A stretch of 64,000 nt of DNA, from assembly GCA_951406725.2 (NCBI GenBank), contig OX597817.1:100130001-100194000 (forward strand), read 5' to 3'. Below, piece after piece: positions 29,514 through 47,902 of the stretch. The first letter of the stretch is position 1. Every line of letters begins with the position of its first letter. The translations under genes and the position numbers were made by a program. This stretch comes from Octopus vulgaris (Eukaryota). The notes beneath the pieces were generated by a model. The model did no database searches. It had not been told where the DNA came from and saw only the letters and a list, made by a program, of their open reading frames with translations.

Positions 29514-30457
29514 TATACCGATGAAAGGCGGTGACCTGGCAGTGAGATTACTCCACCTGTGCCTGCTAGTGGTGTGTCCGCTGGTAAAGTGGCAAGTATT
29601 TCTGGTTCCTTCTGGGCTTGCTTGCCTGTCACCCATAATTCTGCCGGGACTATTGTTCAAGGTTATGAGGACTTTCCTCCTATTCGATTAATATAGGAGT
29701 ACTTCACAAACATGCCTGAGTACCTGTGAGAGGCAGCTATGATAGTATTGGAATATTCAGTATGTCCTCTGTGCACTGTGGTCGTCTCTATGTAGCTTCG
29801 AGTTTGAATAACAGTAGGACTATGGGTACTTAGGTTGCTGATACATTGCAACTACCATACCCAAGGTTCTACCTTGTCATGTGCTTCTCTTGGACTGACT
29901 GTAGACTTGTTGTGGCAGTGTGTCCATGTGTCTGCATCACTGTGTGTGTGTGTAAGACTTCACCCGGCGGTGGCTATACGTGTTGCTGCTCCAGCAAGTA
30001 CTCCTGTGAATCCTGTGTGTGTGTGTGTACGTTGTCTGTGTGTCCTACATGTAGAAATACCTGTTTGCCATCCTGCATGTGTTGTGTGTGCTGGCAGAAA
30101 CGTTAGCACGCAGGGTGTGGTGTGTAGGTTCCACTTGTGTGTCGTTGCGTAGTTGTCTTGTCAAGTCCATGCACAAAAGATGTGTTGTGTTTCATGTTTC
30201 ATGTCCGGTGGGGTAACACTCCAGAATTTCTTATGCACCATTATCCTGGGGTATACGTCTTTCAGTAGTAATATCCTTGTTTGTCTCCTCTGTGTTGGCT
30301 TCCCTATGGGCAGTAAGCTTGTTGATATATATATGCTATGCGTATATGTATGTGCGTCTGTGGGGGCTTTGCTTATCTCCTGGTGTGATATATATATATA
30401 TGTATATATATAGTCATTGTCGGCACCTGTTTCGACACCGTGTATATATATCAGGTA

Positions 30458-30531
<74 letters not shown>

Positions 30532-30698
30532 GTGTTTTTATCTGGGGTCCCTCTGCTGTGTGTGTACTGTAACCTTAGTCCATGTGTGAGGTCTTCAGTG
30601 TGTGTGTGTGTGTGTGTGTGTCTCCACCTGTGTTCGTGGGGTGTGTGTCCAGGCTCCCTCCGTGATTTTTGTTCTGGATGTGTGTAGTCATTTATATG

Positions 30699-30729
<31 letters not shown>

Positions 30730-31143
30730 CCACCCATGTGTATACGTACACTGTGTGTGCATGTATACGTGTATAACCACCTGTGTGTATATGTGTTGCG
30801 TCATATAGGCCTGGGTCAGCTCTACGATGCACGGAGTGTGCACATGGGGCATCCATAGCGAGCACGTATCAACTATGTACCATCCCATATGTGTACTCAG
30901 TGTGTCCTATGTATATATTGTGAGTACGTTGCCACTGGGAAGTGTGTGTGGTGTGACAGCAGGACCTGGGCGTGTGTGTGTGGTCATGCTTTTTCGTGTA
31001 TATATATATATACGTATATATATGGCCCTCCCCCTTTATACGGTATGTGTGTGTGTGTGCATATGTGCCCCATGTGTCAGTCCTGATGTGCATCCAGCTG
31101 TACCATGTGTGTGTTCACAGCCCATCCCTGCCAATTAGTGTGA

Positions 31144-31180
<37 letters not shown>

Positions 31181-31243
31181 GTATATATATATATATATAT
31201 ACGGGGATCCCATAAATATATATGCTTATATATATATATATAT

Positions 31244-31281
<38 letters not shown>

Positions 31282-33899
31282 GTATATATAAATATATATA
31301 TATCTCTATATATATATATATATATATATCTGGCATATATATATATACGTATATATATATATACACACACACACACACTATATATGTATACGTATATATA
31401 TATATTTATATATACGTATATATATATATATATATATACGTATATATATATATATATATATATATACTCGTAGATCCAGGGTTACTCTTTCACTTATTCT
31501 TCCATCCAGCTAGAATAAAGCTGGGTATTTTTGTGTGTTGCTACCCTCAGCTCTATGTCCAGTTTGCCGTATATATGATACGTATGCATGTATTTATACA
31601 TACGTATATACCTTATATATATAGATATGCTCACATATGGGTTCATATAATCCCGGAGAACAGCTTTTACAGATATTTACTGTTCCAGTGATAAATTGTC
31701 CACATTCATGTAGTATCTAGCTTTCTCCTTTCTCTGGTATTTCCCAGAAGATTCAAAGCTGAGGGCCCCTGAACCCCAGGCAATACATTTGTACAGTAAA
31801 TGATGCTCCCAGCTACTTCGTGAATGTGAACAGTACCTTTGGCACCACACAGAATGCGTCAAATTAGGGGGATTGAACAGCTCAATTTTGAATAACTGTA
31901 GACTTCTCAATAGTCCCTCAGCATAGGTGCTGTGGCCAAAATACTGATAAATATCAGCTGCATTTATACAAATTGGTTTCTCGTGCTGTTCAAGGTATGA
32001 CTTGTCAAATTGAGAATAAGCCTCTCCCAATAGTTCTTTTCTTTAAAAATGGTGGAAATCCTCTTGGGGGAATTTATTCAGCTGTGACAATTGGTCTCAT
32101 AGCCGTGCTCTGTGGTGGTTTTGTAAAAGAGACAAACAGATGCACAGTTGGGAGCAAAGAGAGGCGGCTTCAAATGGTCCTCCACTTAGTGGTCTCGCAG
32201 TCTCTTGTCCGGAAAATTATTGTATTCCAGGATCCAAAAAGCTTCCAAACCTCACAGTTGTCGCCATTCTGGGTTATTAAGAGCAAATGGCAAGCAGTGT
32301 TTAGCTTCGTCACTCATGTCGATCCAAATTGCTCCTGGATGCTACTGGGATTTCGAGCCGCCTCCTGGTCAGTACTAGTTGTGTTGTAACAACAAAAGTT
32401 GATGTTTACAGGTCATTGCTTTAAGGCTTAAATTTAGGTAGCGGAACTGCTGATTCCCGTGAACATAAAATCAGCACACACGTTTGTAAATCTTACATCC
32501 CTTTGGAATCTTCTAAAAAGTCATGCATCCAGCTGGGTTTTTGATACGCCTATAACCACCATACATATCAGCATAGCTAGTGATGTTCATTGTGCTACCA
32601 AGGGCATATCACCAGTAGCCCCACAGAACTGTATTTTTTTAAGACAGTGCCCTGTGGCACCCAACTTGTAGGTGTCAAAGAGGCATTCAAAGAACTCACA
32701 ATGGCTGCAACGCCATCTGGCTCCTTTCCTTCAGGAAGTCATGCTGAAAACTATGGCTTTTCCTGTTCTGCCGAGTACTTTAAAACATAAAGTAATTGTT
32801 TGACATACAGTCATACAATGAATTAAAATCAAAGGCCTTCGCAAGTCGAGATATAATTGTGTACTGTTGTATCATTAGCTACCCAGTCGTAGTGTTGTAA
32901 CAGCTGCGTAAGCAGCTTCTTCCTGGGCGACTTTGAGCCATTCTGCATTGTCAGTGGGAGCGGTTATTCCTTCGAGGAACGTGATCACTATTGCGGTCAA
33001 CACAACCCCACCATGACCTTACTCAAAATAAATGTGATATATATCAATGGAGACTGGCCTGTAGTTTATATGGCCTCTGCTCAGGTTATATTTGTGGATA
33101 GGGCATATGGTGGGGCCCTATATGTATATATACTGGGCAGTATAACCGTTAGCCAATAATTTGACCACTGAAAGAGCTTCTTCAGTGGTCCCTATAGGGT
33201 ATACATATATACGCCTTGTATATATAGATTCGAAGACTACAAATCCAATTCATCACTGGAACAGTGAGTTTATTCTCATGGAACGCATATCCTGCTATAT
33301 GTCTATCCTGCTTGCCATGGTTATATGTTTTCCAAGAATATACGTGAGCATATTGTGGACACCCTGGACATCATCCTGGGAGGTGACGGCACCAGGGAAG
33401 GCTGGGTTTGTGATGCATGAGAAGCCCCAGAGGGGATCAAACGTGAACATACACAGGGAAACATTAAACATTTAGTATTTCAGCTTCCATACACCACAGT
33501 TACCCTTTTCAAGGTTAAAGGAAACCTTGCAAATGTCACAGCTGAATAAATTTTGGGACTGTCTGGATCTATCGTAGAGGGCAGGGAAAGAAACACCTTT
33601 AAAGGCTTTACCTGAGCGGGGACTGCTGGTATGTCGAAGATTGAAGGAGAGGCCCTTCCAAAACCGCACGGACGCGAGACAGAACTATGGCCCTGGGAGA
33701 ACAAAAACAAAAAGAAAAAGTACGTCAGAGAGCCGAAAAAGCGCACCACCCTTCGGAGGACTTCCGTGGGGCACGCTTCACTGGAAAGTTTGGCATGCAG
33801 ATCCGTGGTGCGCGGACAGCCCAGGTGGCCAGCTTCACCCAGATCAGGGGCGGCCGAATGGCGAATCTGTTGTTTTTAGTGCACCAGACAAAAATTTGT

Positions 33900-36207
33900 C
33901 TAAACAGTTGCCAACATCTGATAATTTATTTTCCGAATGAACCTACACCACAATCTGGGAAGGCCAGGCTCCACGTAGAGAGGATGTCACCATGCCCGCT
34001 GCGTCTCCCAACACCAAATCCACGGGACACAACTTATTTGTGCATTTATTATACAGAGGTTTCACAGCATATGTTGTCATGAAATGTAAAATATATATGT
34101 TGGTGTCTTGTTTAATATATGATATCAGTCATGTTTTCGGATACTGGCAAGCTATGCATGGCACTCACAGAAACGCATCCAGTTTGCCTTATGAACCCGA
34201 TATAGGTGATGCGCAGAAATACACATGCCTGCAATATGCAGTCAGTCACACGCACAGATAGAAAAGGGAGGAGCCATGGTGGAGTTGCAATGTACATCCG
34301 AGATGACCTCACGCCCCAGGTCCTGCTGTCATATTCAAACTCAGTATGTGAAACTCAAATTGTACACATAAGACAACTGAATATCGTCATATGCACTACC
34401 TATCGCCCACCAGATGCCCCCAAAACACTCAGGCATGTTTGAAGACTGCCTAACAAAAATAGGAGAAGTCCTCACCAACCTTGAACTTCTGAGCACAACA
34501 GTGTATTCTTCATGGGTGACTTTAACCTCCCCAATGTTGGAATGGGCCTGGGGGGAGGGATGATGCTCCCAGGGGATGGTCTGACACAGACTGATCTATG
34601 TCAACACAGGTGGAGTCCCTGCTCCATCTCACAAATGCCTCTTTCATGGAGCAAATAGTTCTGCAACCAACAAGGGCAGATAATATACTGGATCTCTGCT
34701 TCACAAACATATATATATATATATCCATCCATATGGGATGGTCATAGCTGGTGATGCCGATGCCGATGATCATCTCGGATCGCATCAACATCATATATAG
34801 CTGTCTATATATACTGACACACAAACATATTTTTCTGTAAAAGCCCCCACAGCAGACACACAGCCTATACGAAGCACCCACCATCTCTCCAACTTAAACT
34901 TTCATAAAGCCAACTGGAAGTCGATTGAGAAAGAGATCCTCAAACAGGATTGGCCTGAATGTCTCTCCACACCGGACATAAACATGAAACACAAACACTT
35001 CATGTCCATAATACAAGCCATATGTGACAAATATGTCCCAATGTGCAGGGCCAGCACACACAAGAACAAAAACAGGATCCCTAGAGAAAGGAGGATTCTT
35101 ATGAGACGACGGACAAGGATTGCAAACCGCCTGAGCAAACGCACACACAAAAGTGGTGAGAAGTCTCGGCTCGAAAGAATGCTAATGGAAACTGAGAAAA
35201 GTCTACATCAGTCCCATGAAAAGGAGAGAGCAGATAAAGAAGTTTGGGTAATAGAAAATATAAAATCAAATCAGCTTTCTTTAATAAGGTGAATAAAAAG
35301 AGACAGCCACAGTGCACCAGAGAATAAGGACCTCTCTTCCAAAAAAGATGGCTCTCTCACAGGAAATCCCACGAGGATAAGTGAAATACTGAACGAACAG
35401 TTCCAAGTGAGGAATGTCTACACACACCTCTAGGACACAGGGGAAAAACACGCTTCGCCGGGTGAAGAATTCTTTGCCACTTTACCAGCGGCCAACGAGA
35501 CACAAATTGAGTACATCAACATCGAAGATGAACACACTAGCCATTGATGAGATTGACACAAACTCAGCTGCTGGACCTGATGGATTCCCAGCCGATCCTT
35601 CTCAAATCGTGCAAACGAGCCCTTGCAAAACCGCTACAGCTTCTTTTTTTTCAGAGCTTGCGTGTTGCAAGTGGTAAGCTCCCAGTCAAACTGAAGAGGG
35701 GGTAATATGCCCTATCCATAAGGGAAGGTAGCAGAGCAGATGCTAAAAATTATAGGCCTATCTCTCTGACCTCACACATCAGCAAAGTCATGGAACGAAT
35801 AGTCCGTAAGAAACTAATCATGTTCCTTGAAGAAAATGACTTACTGTCTGACACCCAGCATGGATTTCGACCAGGTAGAGGTGCCTAACACAGCTCCTGC
35901 AACACTATGACTGGTGTGTTGAAACAGCTACTAAATGGCTCAAATGTGGATGTAATATATCTTGACTTTGCAAAAGCCTTTGATAAAGTCGACCATGGTA
36001 TGATCTGTCACAAACTGCGTGGTCTCGGCATAGGCGGGAAACTTGGAGAGTGGCTGCACAACTTCCTAAAAGACAGAAAACAGGCAGTTGTGAGCAATGG
36101 AGCCACCTCCAGGGAAACGCAAATAACAAGCGGTGTCCCACAGGGCACTGTCTTGGGGCCACTGATGTTCATAGTGGCCCCTTTCAGACATGCCTTCAGT
36201 TGCTACG

Positions 36208-36263
<56 letters not shown>

Positions 36264-37062
36264 TAGCTATGCAGATGACACAAAAGTCTCCCACGCAATA
36301 CAAACCCTGAAAATATTGCGCATCTGCAATGATGCATCTTTCCAAATGCATATTGCTAATCTGGTGATAAAATACAGACGGCTAGCTGGATGGAGTCTCC
36401 GAAATTTCAGAACAAGAGAGAAGGAGACACTGATGGTCCTATGGAAAACATTCGTCCTCAGCCGCTTGGACTACTGCTCCCAACTTTGGTCACCACATAA
36501 TATAAAACAAACAGCAGAACTCGAAGCAATTCAGAGAAGCTACACAAAGAAAATCGTCTCAATGCAAAATATCAGCTACTGGGAAAGACTGAAGGTATTA
36601 AACCTCTTCTCCCTAGAGCGGAGGCGGGAGAGATATGCAGTGATATACATCTGGAAAATCCTGGAGGGTCTTGTCCCAAACTTTGGCATTCAAAGTTACT
36701 CCAACCGCAGAACGGGGCGCCGCTGCGTGGTGCCAAGGATTCCAACATCACCATCAAAATACAGGTCCAGATACTGCAACAGCTTGGGTTTCAGAGGACC
36801 ACAGCTCTTTAACATCCTCCCTAAATGCCTGAGAGACTTACATGGTGTGGATGTGGGTTTCTTTAAAACTAAACTGGATCTCTTCTTGTTGGGAGTCCCA
36901 GATGAACCTACCTCACGACAGGAGACGCGGATGCGGGCAGCAGCATCGAACTCCCTTGTTGATCAAGTGCCACGTATCAGAGGTGGATTCACAAACTAGT
37001 GTAGCTCATTCAGAGGTGGTGCCCCAGCATGGCCGCAGCCATCGGGCTAAAACATTTTTAAG
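33900..37062 (+). mobile_element. CR1/L2-group LINE ORF2 (APE endonuclease + RT) and 3' end, frameshifted
   Basis: RTDRKGRSHGGVAMYIR, YRPP, GDFNLP, NYRPISLTSHISKVMERIV, QHGFR, YLDFAKAFDKVDH, SGVPQGTVLGPLMF, YADDTK, SLERRRERY; 5' boundary lost in noisy sequence. Confidence 0.93.
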
Positions 37063-37065
37063 GAT

Positions 37066-42008
<4,943 letters not shown>

Positions 42009-42038
42009 GTATATATACATATATATACATATATATAC

Positions 42039-42069
<31 letters not shown>

Positions 42070-42509
42070 TATATATGTGTATACATGTGTGTGTGTGTTT
42101 CTATATATCATCACTGTTGTAACATCTGCTTTCCCATGTTTGCATTGATCAAACAAGAAATATTATGTTGTGACTGAGTTTTCTCTGGTCAAATATCCCT
42201 CTTTTTTCCACTCCTACCTGTCTCTAAGCAAGATTGTAATCTCCCAGTATGCAGAACATTCCCAAACATTCTTCTCTGGACAATCAGAAACAATTAACAC
42301 AAAAACAAACATTTTGCTCACAAAATATATGCATGATGTCTAGAAGTTCATTCATGCTTTTATAGTGAACTGCAAGGAAATGACATGGCTATTGAAGACA
42401 TTGTTTACAAAACAGTGAGTGAAGCAGATATGTAGAAAAGGAAATATGTAATCATTAGCACAAACAAATACACACACAGGCACATCCATGTATACATATA
42501 TTTTACTCT

Positions 42510-42855
42510 GTATGTTTTTGTTTTAGCCGTTAGACTGCAGCCGTACTTGAGCAACACTTTAAAGAACTTTTACTCAAAAGAATTGACCCCAAAACTGTTT
42601 TTAAGCCTGGTACTTATTTAGCAGACTCTTTTGCCAAATGCTAAGTTATGGAGATGTAACCATACCAACACTGGTTGCCAAGCAGTGGAAGGGGACAAAC
42701 ACAGACACACACAGAGAGACTTCTTTCAGTTTCTGTCTACTCATACAACTTTGGTCAACCTGAGGCTATAGTAAAAGTGACTTGCCCAAGATGCCATGTA
42801 GTGGGACTGAAACTAGAACCATGTGGTTAAGAAGTAGGCTTCTTGACCACACAAC
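42510..42855 (-). mobile_element. tRNA-derived SINE, diverged
   Basis: Same family as 41600 in reverse orientation (CTTGCCCAAGATGCCATGTAGTGGGACTGAA). Confidence 0.75.
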
Positions 42856-44117
42856 TTTGCTTATATATATGTTTGTTTTGATGCAAAATTATACATAAAA
42901 ACAACATGAAACTGAAGGATTACTCAATACTTTTTAGTAGAGTATAAATTTTATTCTTAAAAAAAAATTTGACAGTGACTTAGCATTTTCACCATCGTGA
43001 GATCAATGACAGCAAGCATGCTAAGATTTCTAAGTCAGTATCAACCTTCTCTTTCTAAAAATTAATATTACATTTTTTGCTTGTTTATACAGAAATCACA
43101 AGTAGCATTATTGTTGACACTTCTCATGTCAATAAACCATCCTCATGCTATTGAAGCTGTGTGAGATAAGACATCACTTGTAAAACTAGTAAAAGTTAGA
43201 GCCTGGAAAGGCATATGGCTACAAAACAATGATTCAATAGCAAAGTGTTGTCACCCATGGTAAAACATATAAAACAAAGTAATGAATGAATATATATGGA
43301 TATTACATTTATACATTTGAAAACTGGTGAGGGTTAGTAATGGAAAGGGCATCTGACTTGAAGTATTCCATGACCCATTCTTCAGATTGCAGTTCAGTTA
43401 TAAGTTTTACTGCATAAGGTAATTATCATTTAGTTAAGAACTAGCATTACCTCTTGTGATTTTGTTGTTTTTTATGAGCCATCCCACTAGTTTATTTCTG
43501 CCTGTTTCTTACTATTTTATTAATAAGGACTTAAAATGATGTCTCATAAATACAATTGTCAAGTTTGATACACTTTTTGTCACTGGTACTAATGTTTCTT
43601 CTATCCTCGTTTTTACTGTTGGGTAGGCCTTTAATATCAGTATCATTAATATGTGAGTAACTATGCCTATGCTGGGCCTTGCATTGGTGCTCTAGCATGG
43701 CCACAAATGACAACATAAGTTCAACTCACTATGTTAAATACTCGTGTGTGTGTGGGGGAGAGAGGGAGAGACAAACAGAGAGCATTTAATATTTTGTGTT
43801 GAATGATGAATGATTTCCATTACAAAATTTATACTGGCAATCGATTGATTTAATGAAGTTCTTAGTACAGGGATTAAATGAACACTATATTTTTCATTTA
43901 AATACAAAAGGAAATATTTACATGTTACTGGGAGATAGAGGGGAAACAACTCACGTGATAATTGCAGCCAGCTAATATGCAAAATGAAGGTAAATCAACT
44001 TTAAATATAGAAATTTCAAGACTGCTATCTCAGTGTGAAAATTCTTTGTTTTTCTTTTTCTTTTCAAATAGAGTAATATTCAATAATTAAATATACTTGC
44101 CTGCACATGTGTGTGTG

Positions 44118-44162
<45 letters not shown>

Positions 44163-44583
44163 AGAGAGAGACAGACAGACAGACAGAGATATGATAATAC
44201 AAACACAAAAAAACTATCAAAGACAAACGCACTTTTGAAAACTATTACATAGAAGTGTAGATGCGCCAGCACAGAAAACTAGAGTTGTTTTTAGATTTAG
44301 CAACTGATACTAACTTCCCCTGCATCTGGCGATCGTGAAAAGTGAAACAGCTTCACAGATTTCACTGCAGCCAAGAACTGTCTGTGAGAAATATCAATGT
44401 AGAGAGCTTAAATACGATATAATTATTAGTTTTTAATGGCTGGCAATAGTAGTAAATTGAGTAAATAAAGTAACAACGCCATTCACTACATTTAGAAAAA
44501 TAATAAAAATTCAGATCGTTAAAGGAGCGTGAATGGTTGTTTACAATTGCTGCTTAATGATAGGGATGCTTATAATGGTGGTG

Positions 44584-44632
<49 letters not shown>

Positions 44633-45337
44633 TGACAACGGTAGTAGTAATATTGATGATAATGTATATCTAACAGCCACAAAACAAATATGAAAATAGA
44701 CTAAATCTATTTTTTCAATATTAATTTGTATGAAAATAAGATGAAACAGAAAATGAGACGACATAATTCAACGAGTATGTAAATATAGCACTATTTCTGG
44801 AAGAGAAGGAAGACGATCTGCTATTCTCGTATCCACTAATTATTATACCAACATATTTTGTCGACAGTACACAAGCACATCGCAGAAATAAATATGTGAT
44901 TGTCGGAAGAGTAGAATTATAATGAAATTTAAACATAATAATTAAAATTTGCTAATCAAACATTAAAGATTTTGAAATGTATTGATGTCAATAAAACGTA
45001 ACTAGGTTCAGCTAAAGAATGTGACGGGGGCATCACATATACAAACAAAACACAAGAGCCACTTATGTTAGATAGAAATACATTTCATCAAAGTGGTTAA
45101 AGTTTATTTAACAATATACAGAAAACAAATAATTACATATTAAATAATAGAATAAAGAGGCATTGCAAAATCGAAGATGTCAGAAAACTAGTAAAAAAAA
45201 CTGGGTGTATATAGAATTGTTGATGGAAAAGAGAAAAACAGTGCGGCCTGTTTAAAAGGACGGGTCTATGTTTAGATGCATGCAAGTTTTAATTATGTAA
45301 ACGAACACGGCAAAAAGGTTAACAGATGTACACTTAC

Positions 45338-45441
45338 TTTCCATGAAACCAGTCATTGCAGACGTCACATTCGATCATAAACCGCGTATCATCATAAGGC
45401 AGGCGACATAAACAATACACAGGTTCACCATCAGCCGCCAT
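45338..45441 (-). CDS. PHF8: Exon 1 (PHD finger) of a PHF8/PHF2/KDM7-family JmjC histone demethylase
   Basis: [34 protein letters not shown] closely matches the PHF8/PHF2 N-terminus ([25 protein letters not shown]); strong Kozak ATCATGG; phase-2 GTAAGT donor; no downstream exons found in this window. Confidence 0.88.
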
Positions 45442-45604
45442 GATGAGGGTTTCCCCTTTACAGAACAATGATCCGGAAGTGACACGAGTGTGTATTGCAT
45501 GATGGGTAACTGACACTCATTCCACACTTTACCTCTACCTAAATCCTGTCGACCGGCCAACTTGCTTATTTCTCTCTGCCATAACAGCAAAGTCCTGGTC
45601 CATA

Positions 45605-45703
45605 CTAATAACACTTCGCACATAACTCATTTACTGGGACTAACAACAACAACACAAAAATGTAGAACAGCCGTCGTCCTTTTTTCTTTTGTTGTGCCGC
45701 CAT
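45605..45703 (-). CDS. Candidate 32-aa uORF, signal-peptide-like, upstream of the PHF8-like start
   Basis: GACATGG Kozak; MAAQQKKKGRRLFYIFVLLLLVPVNELCAKCY*. Confidence 0.3.
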   Translation of the reverse strand: MAAQQKKKGRRLFYIFVLLLLVPVNELCAKCY

Positions 45704-46308
45704 GTCTTTTTTCTTATTTTTACTAAAAATGACGCATTTTATGTTTTAAAACTTTACTTTTTTTGCGAAAAATAATCATTTTTTAAAAATTGTTCAAATG
45801 CCATTTCTGTGTGTGATTTTGCTTATTTTCTCTGCTCAAAAATTAAGAAGTGTGAGTATTGAGGTGTTTTTTTCCCCGACTGCATTTTTAAGCTTATAAT
45901 ATTGTGATTGTATTTTAGCGAAGCATCTGAGCATTGGTATATTCCCATATTTAAAATATATTAACAAATAATATAGCTGATAATGAAATAATGTGCAGCT
46001 ACTAATCTGTTTACCAGAGTAATTAATTCTGAGTGCATAAAGTGAATCATCGAATCCCTTTTCCTAATGATAAATTACATTATTCATTCTTGGGACGGCT
46101 CCTGCAAAGGTGAAATAATTTCTGAGGAAAGGTCATTTAAGATATTGATATTTTTAAGTAAATGTTTGTTTTTTTTTGATAATTGTAAATGTATTTATTT
46201 GCTTTTTTTTACTTTATTTTCTGTATAATACATTTCGTGAAAATCACTCATATCGAGTTATTTTGTGGTCTACGTTCCCTCTATTTCGACGTACCTTTAT
46301 TTCATAGT

Positions 46309-46345
46309 CTTCCTGCGCAAATTCAAATTCAGTCTCCCCGCCATC
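46309..46345. promoter_or_regulatory. Candidate E2F/CHR-like promoter element
   Basis: TTCCTGCGCAAA-TTCAAA followed by CCCCGCCAT in a locally CpG-richer stretch ~0.9 kb upstream of the PHF8-like ATG; motif match only. Confidence 0.25.
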
Positions 46346-47007
46346 CCCGTTTGTAAAGTGTAAAAACAAAAGCTATTCAGCAACATAACTCTGATGTACT
46401 AGTTCTCGTGTTTTTTCTTAAGCCTCTCAAACTTTTCATCATTCTATTTGCCTCACCATTATGCATCTGCTGGGTTGATTAGGCCAATAAATGTGGTGAC
46501 TTTATATTTGGAGGAGAGCTATTTGTAGCATCATCTTGGTTAAAGAGATGAAAATGTTTAGTGTTACCTTACCTTGAACTAATATTTTTTCATTTTTAAT
46601 AGTCCCTGTAATTTTCATAATCTTACAGGATTGACTTATAGAACATTGTTTTGGGGTTGTGAAATCTGATCTCAGTTATTGGAGAACACAGGATAGTTTT
46701 CAGAACAATTATGAGCATAGAAGATTACAAAGAATTTAGGTATACTGTCTTAACTAAAATATAGTACTACAGTAACTAAATCACTTGACCACAAAAGAAT
46801 ATTTTACAATACGAATTGCAGAATGCTTTTGTGTATCTAGACCAAGATAACTTTGTAATTCCAATTTTGATTTTAAAATAACAAAAGTACCCACTACGCT
46901 CTCGGAGTGGTTGGCGTTAGGAAGGGCATCCAGCTGTAGAAAAGTTGCCAGTCCTCAGTCAAACCATACCAGCATGAAAAGCAGATGTTAAACGATGATG
47001 ATATATA

Positions 47008-47355
47008 TGTTCTTGTTTCAGTCATTTAGACTGCAGCCATGCTGGATCACCTCCTTTAGTCGAACAAATCGACCCCAGGACTTATTATTTGTAAGCCTAG
47101 TACTTATTCTATTAGTCTCTTTTGCCGAACTGGTAAGTTACAGGGATGTAAACGCACCAACATCACTTGTCAAGCAATGTGGGGGGAGTGGACAAACATA
47201 CACACACATATCTGACGAGCTTCTTTCAATTTCCATCTACCAAATCCACTCACAAGGCTTTGGTTGGCATGAGGCTATAGTAGAAGACACTTCCTCAAGG
47301 TGCCACGCAGTGACACTGAATCCAGAACAATGTGGTTGGTAAGCAGTCACTCCTG
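47008..47355 (-). mobile_element. tRNA-derived SINE
   Basis: Same family as 41600 in reverse orientation; abuts an RTE-tail fragment at 46885-47000. Confidence 0.8.
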
Positions 47356-47718
47356 TACATACATATATATATATTCGATTGGAACTTTAAAAGATTATAA
47401 CATACAACACTCTTGCTTTGAATTATTACAAATGTTATAGGATGCTGAAAATGAGTTTTAAAATTGTAATGGCTTGTGAAGTTCGAAGATTTTGTACATA
47501 ACACTCTGTGAGACAAGTGAGTTTTCAAGAGGTTGAATTCTATGCAACTCCATAAATTTGGGAAACTGGATTAGAAGGAAGAGGATATGTATGGCAAAGA
47601 AAATAGTTTTTAAAAATTACTAAAGTTTTTTAATCCTTTACTATCACAGATCATGTCTACACAAAAGAAAATTATTACATTAGACTATTTGGATATTTAA
47701 TTTAGTGAGATTATTTAA

Positions 47719-47902
47719 CCCTTTTGTTCATCATAATTCTGATGAAACCCACTGCCCCTGTTTAAATTAATTTTGAAAATAATGACTTTCATTAAACAAC
47801 TTTTATTAAGCTGGTTGGGAACAAATTTACAAGACATTTTGGTTTTCATAGTTTTAATTTGAAGAACTAAGGATGATCTTGGTCTGGTTGGTATCAAGAG
47901 AG
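47719..47902. mobile_element. piggyBac-type MITE (diverged)
   Basis: TTAA|CCCTTTTG…CAAGAGAG|TTAA; mirror at ~17657-17840. Confidence 0.55.

Noticed and set aside
36190-36266. Poly-proline protein segment
   Set aside because: Produced by a 50-nt C homopolymer inside a LINE pseudogene.
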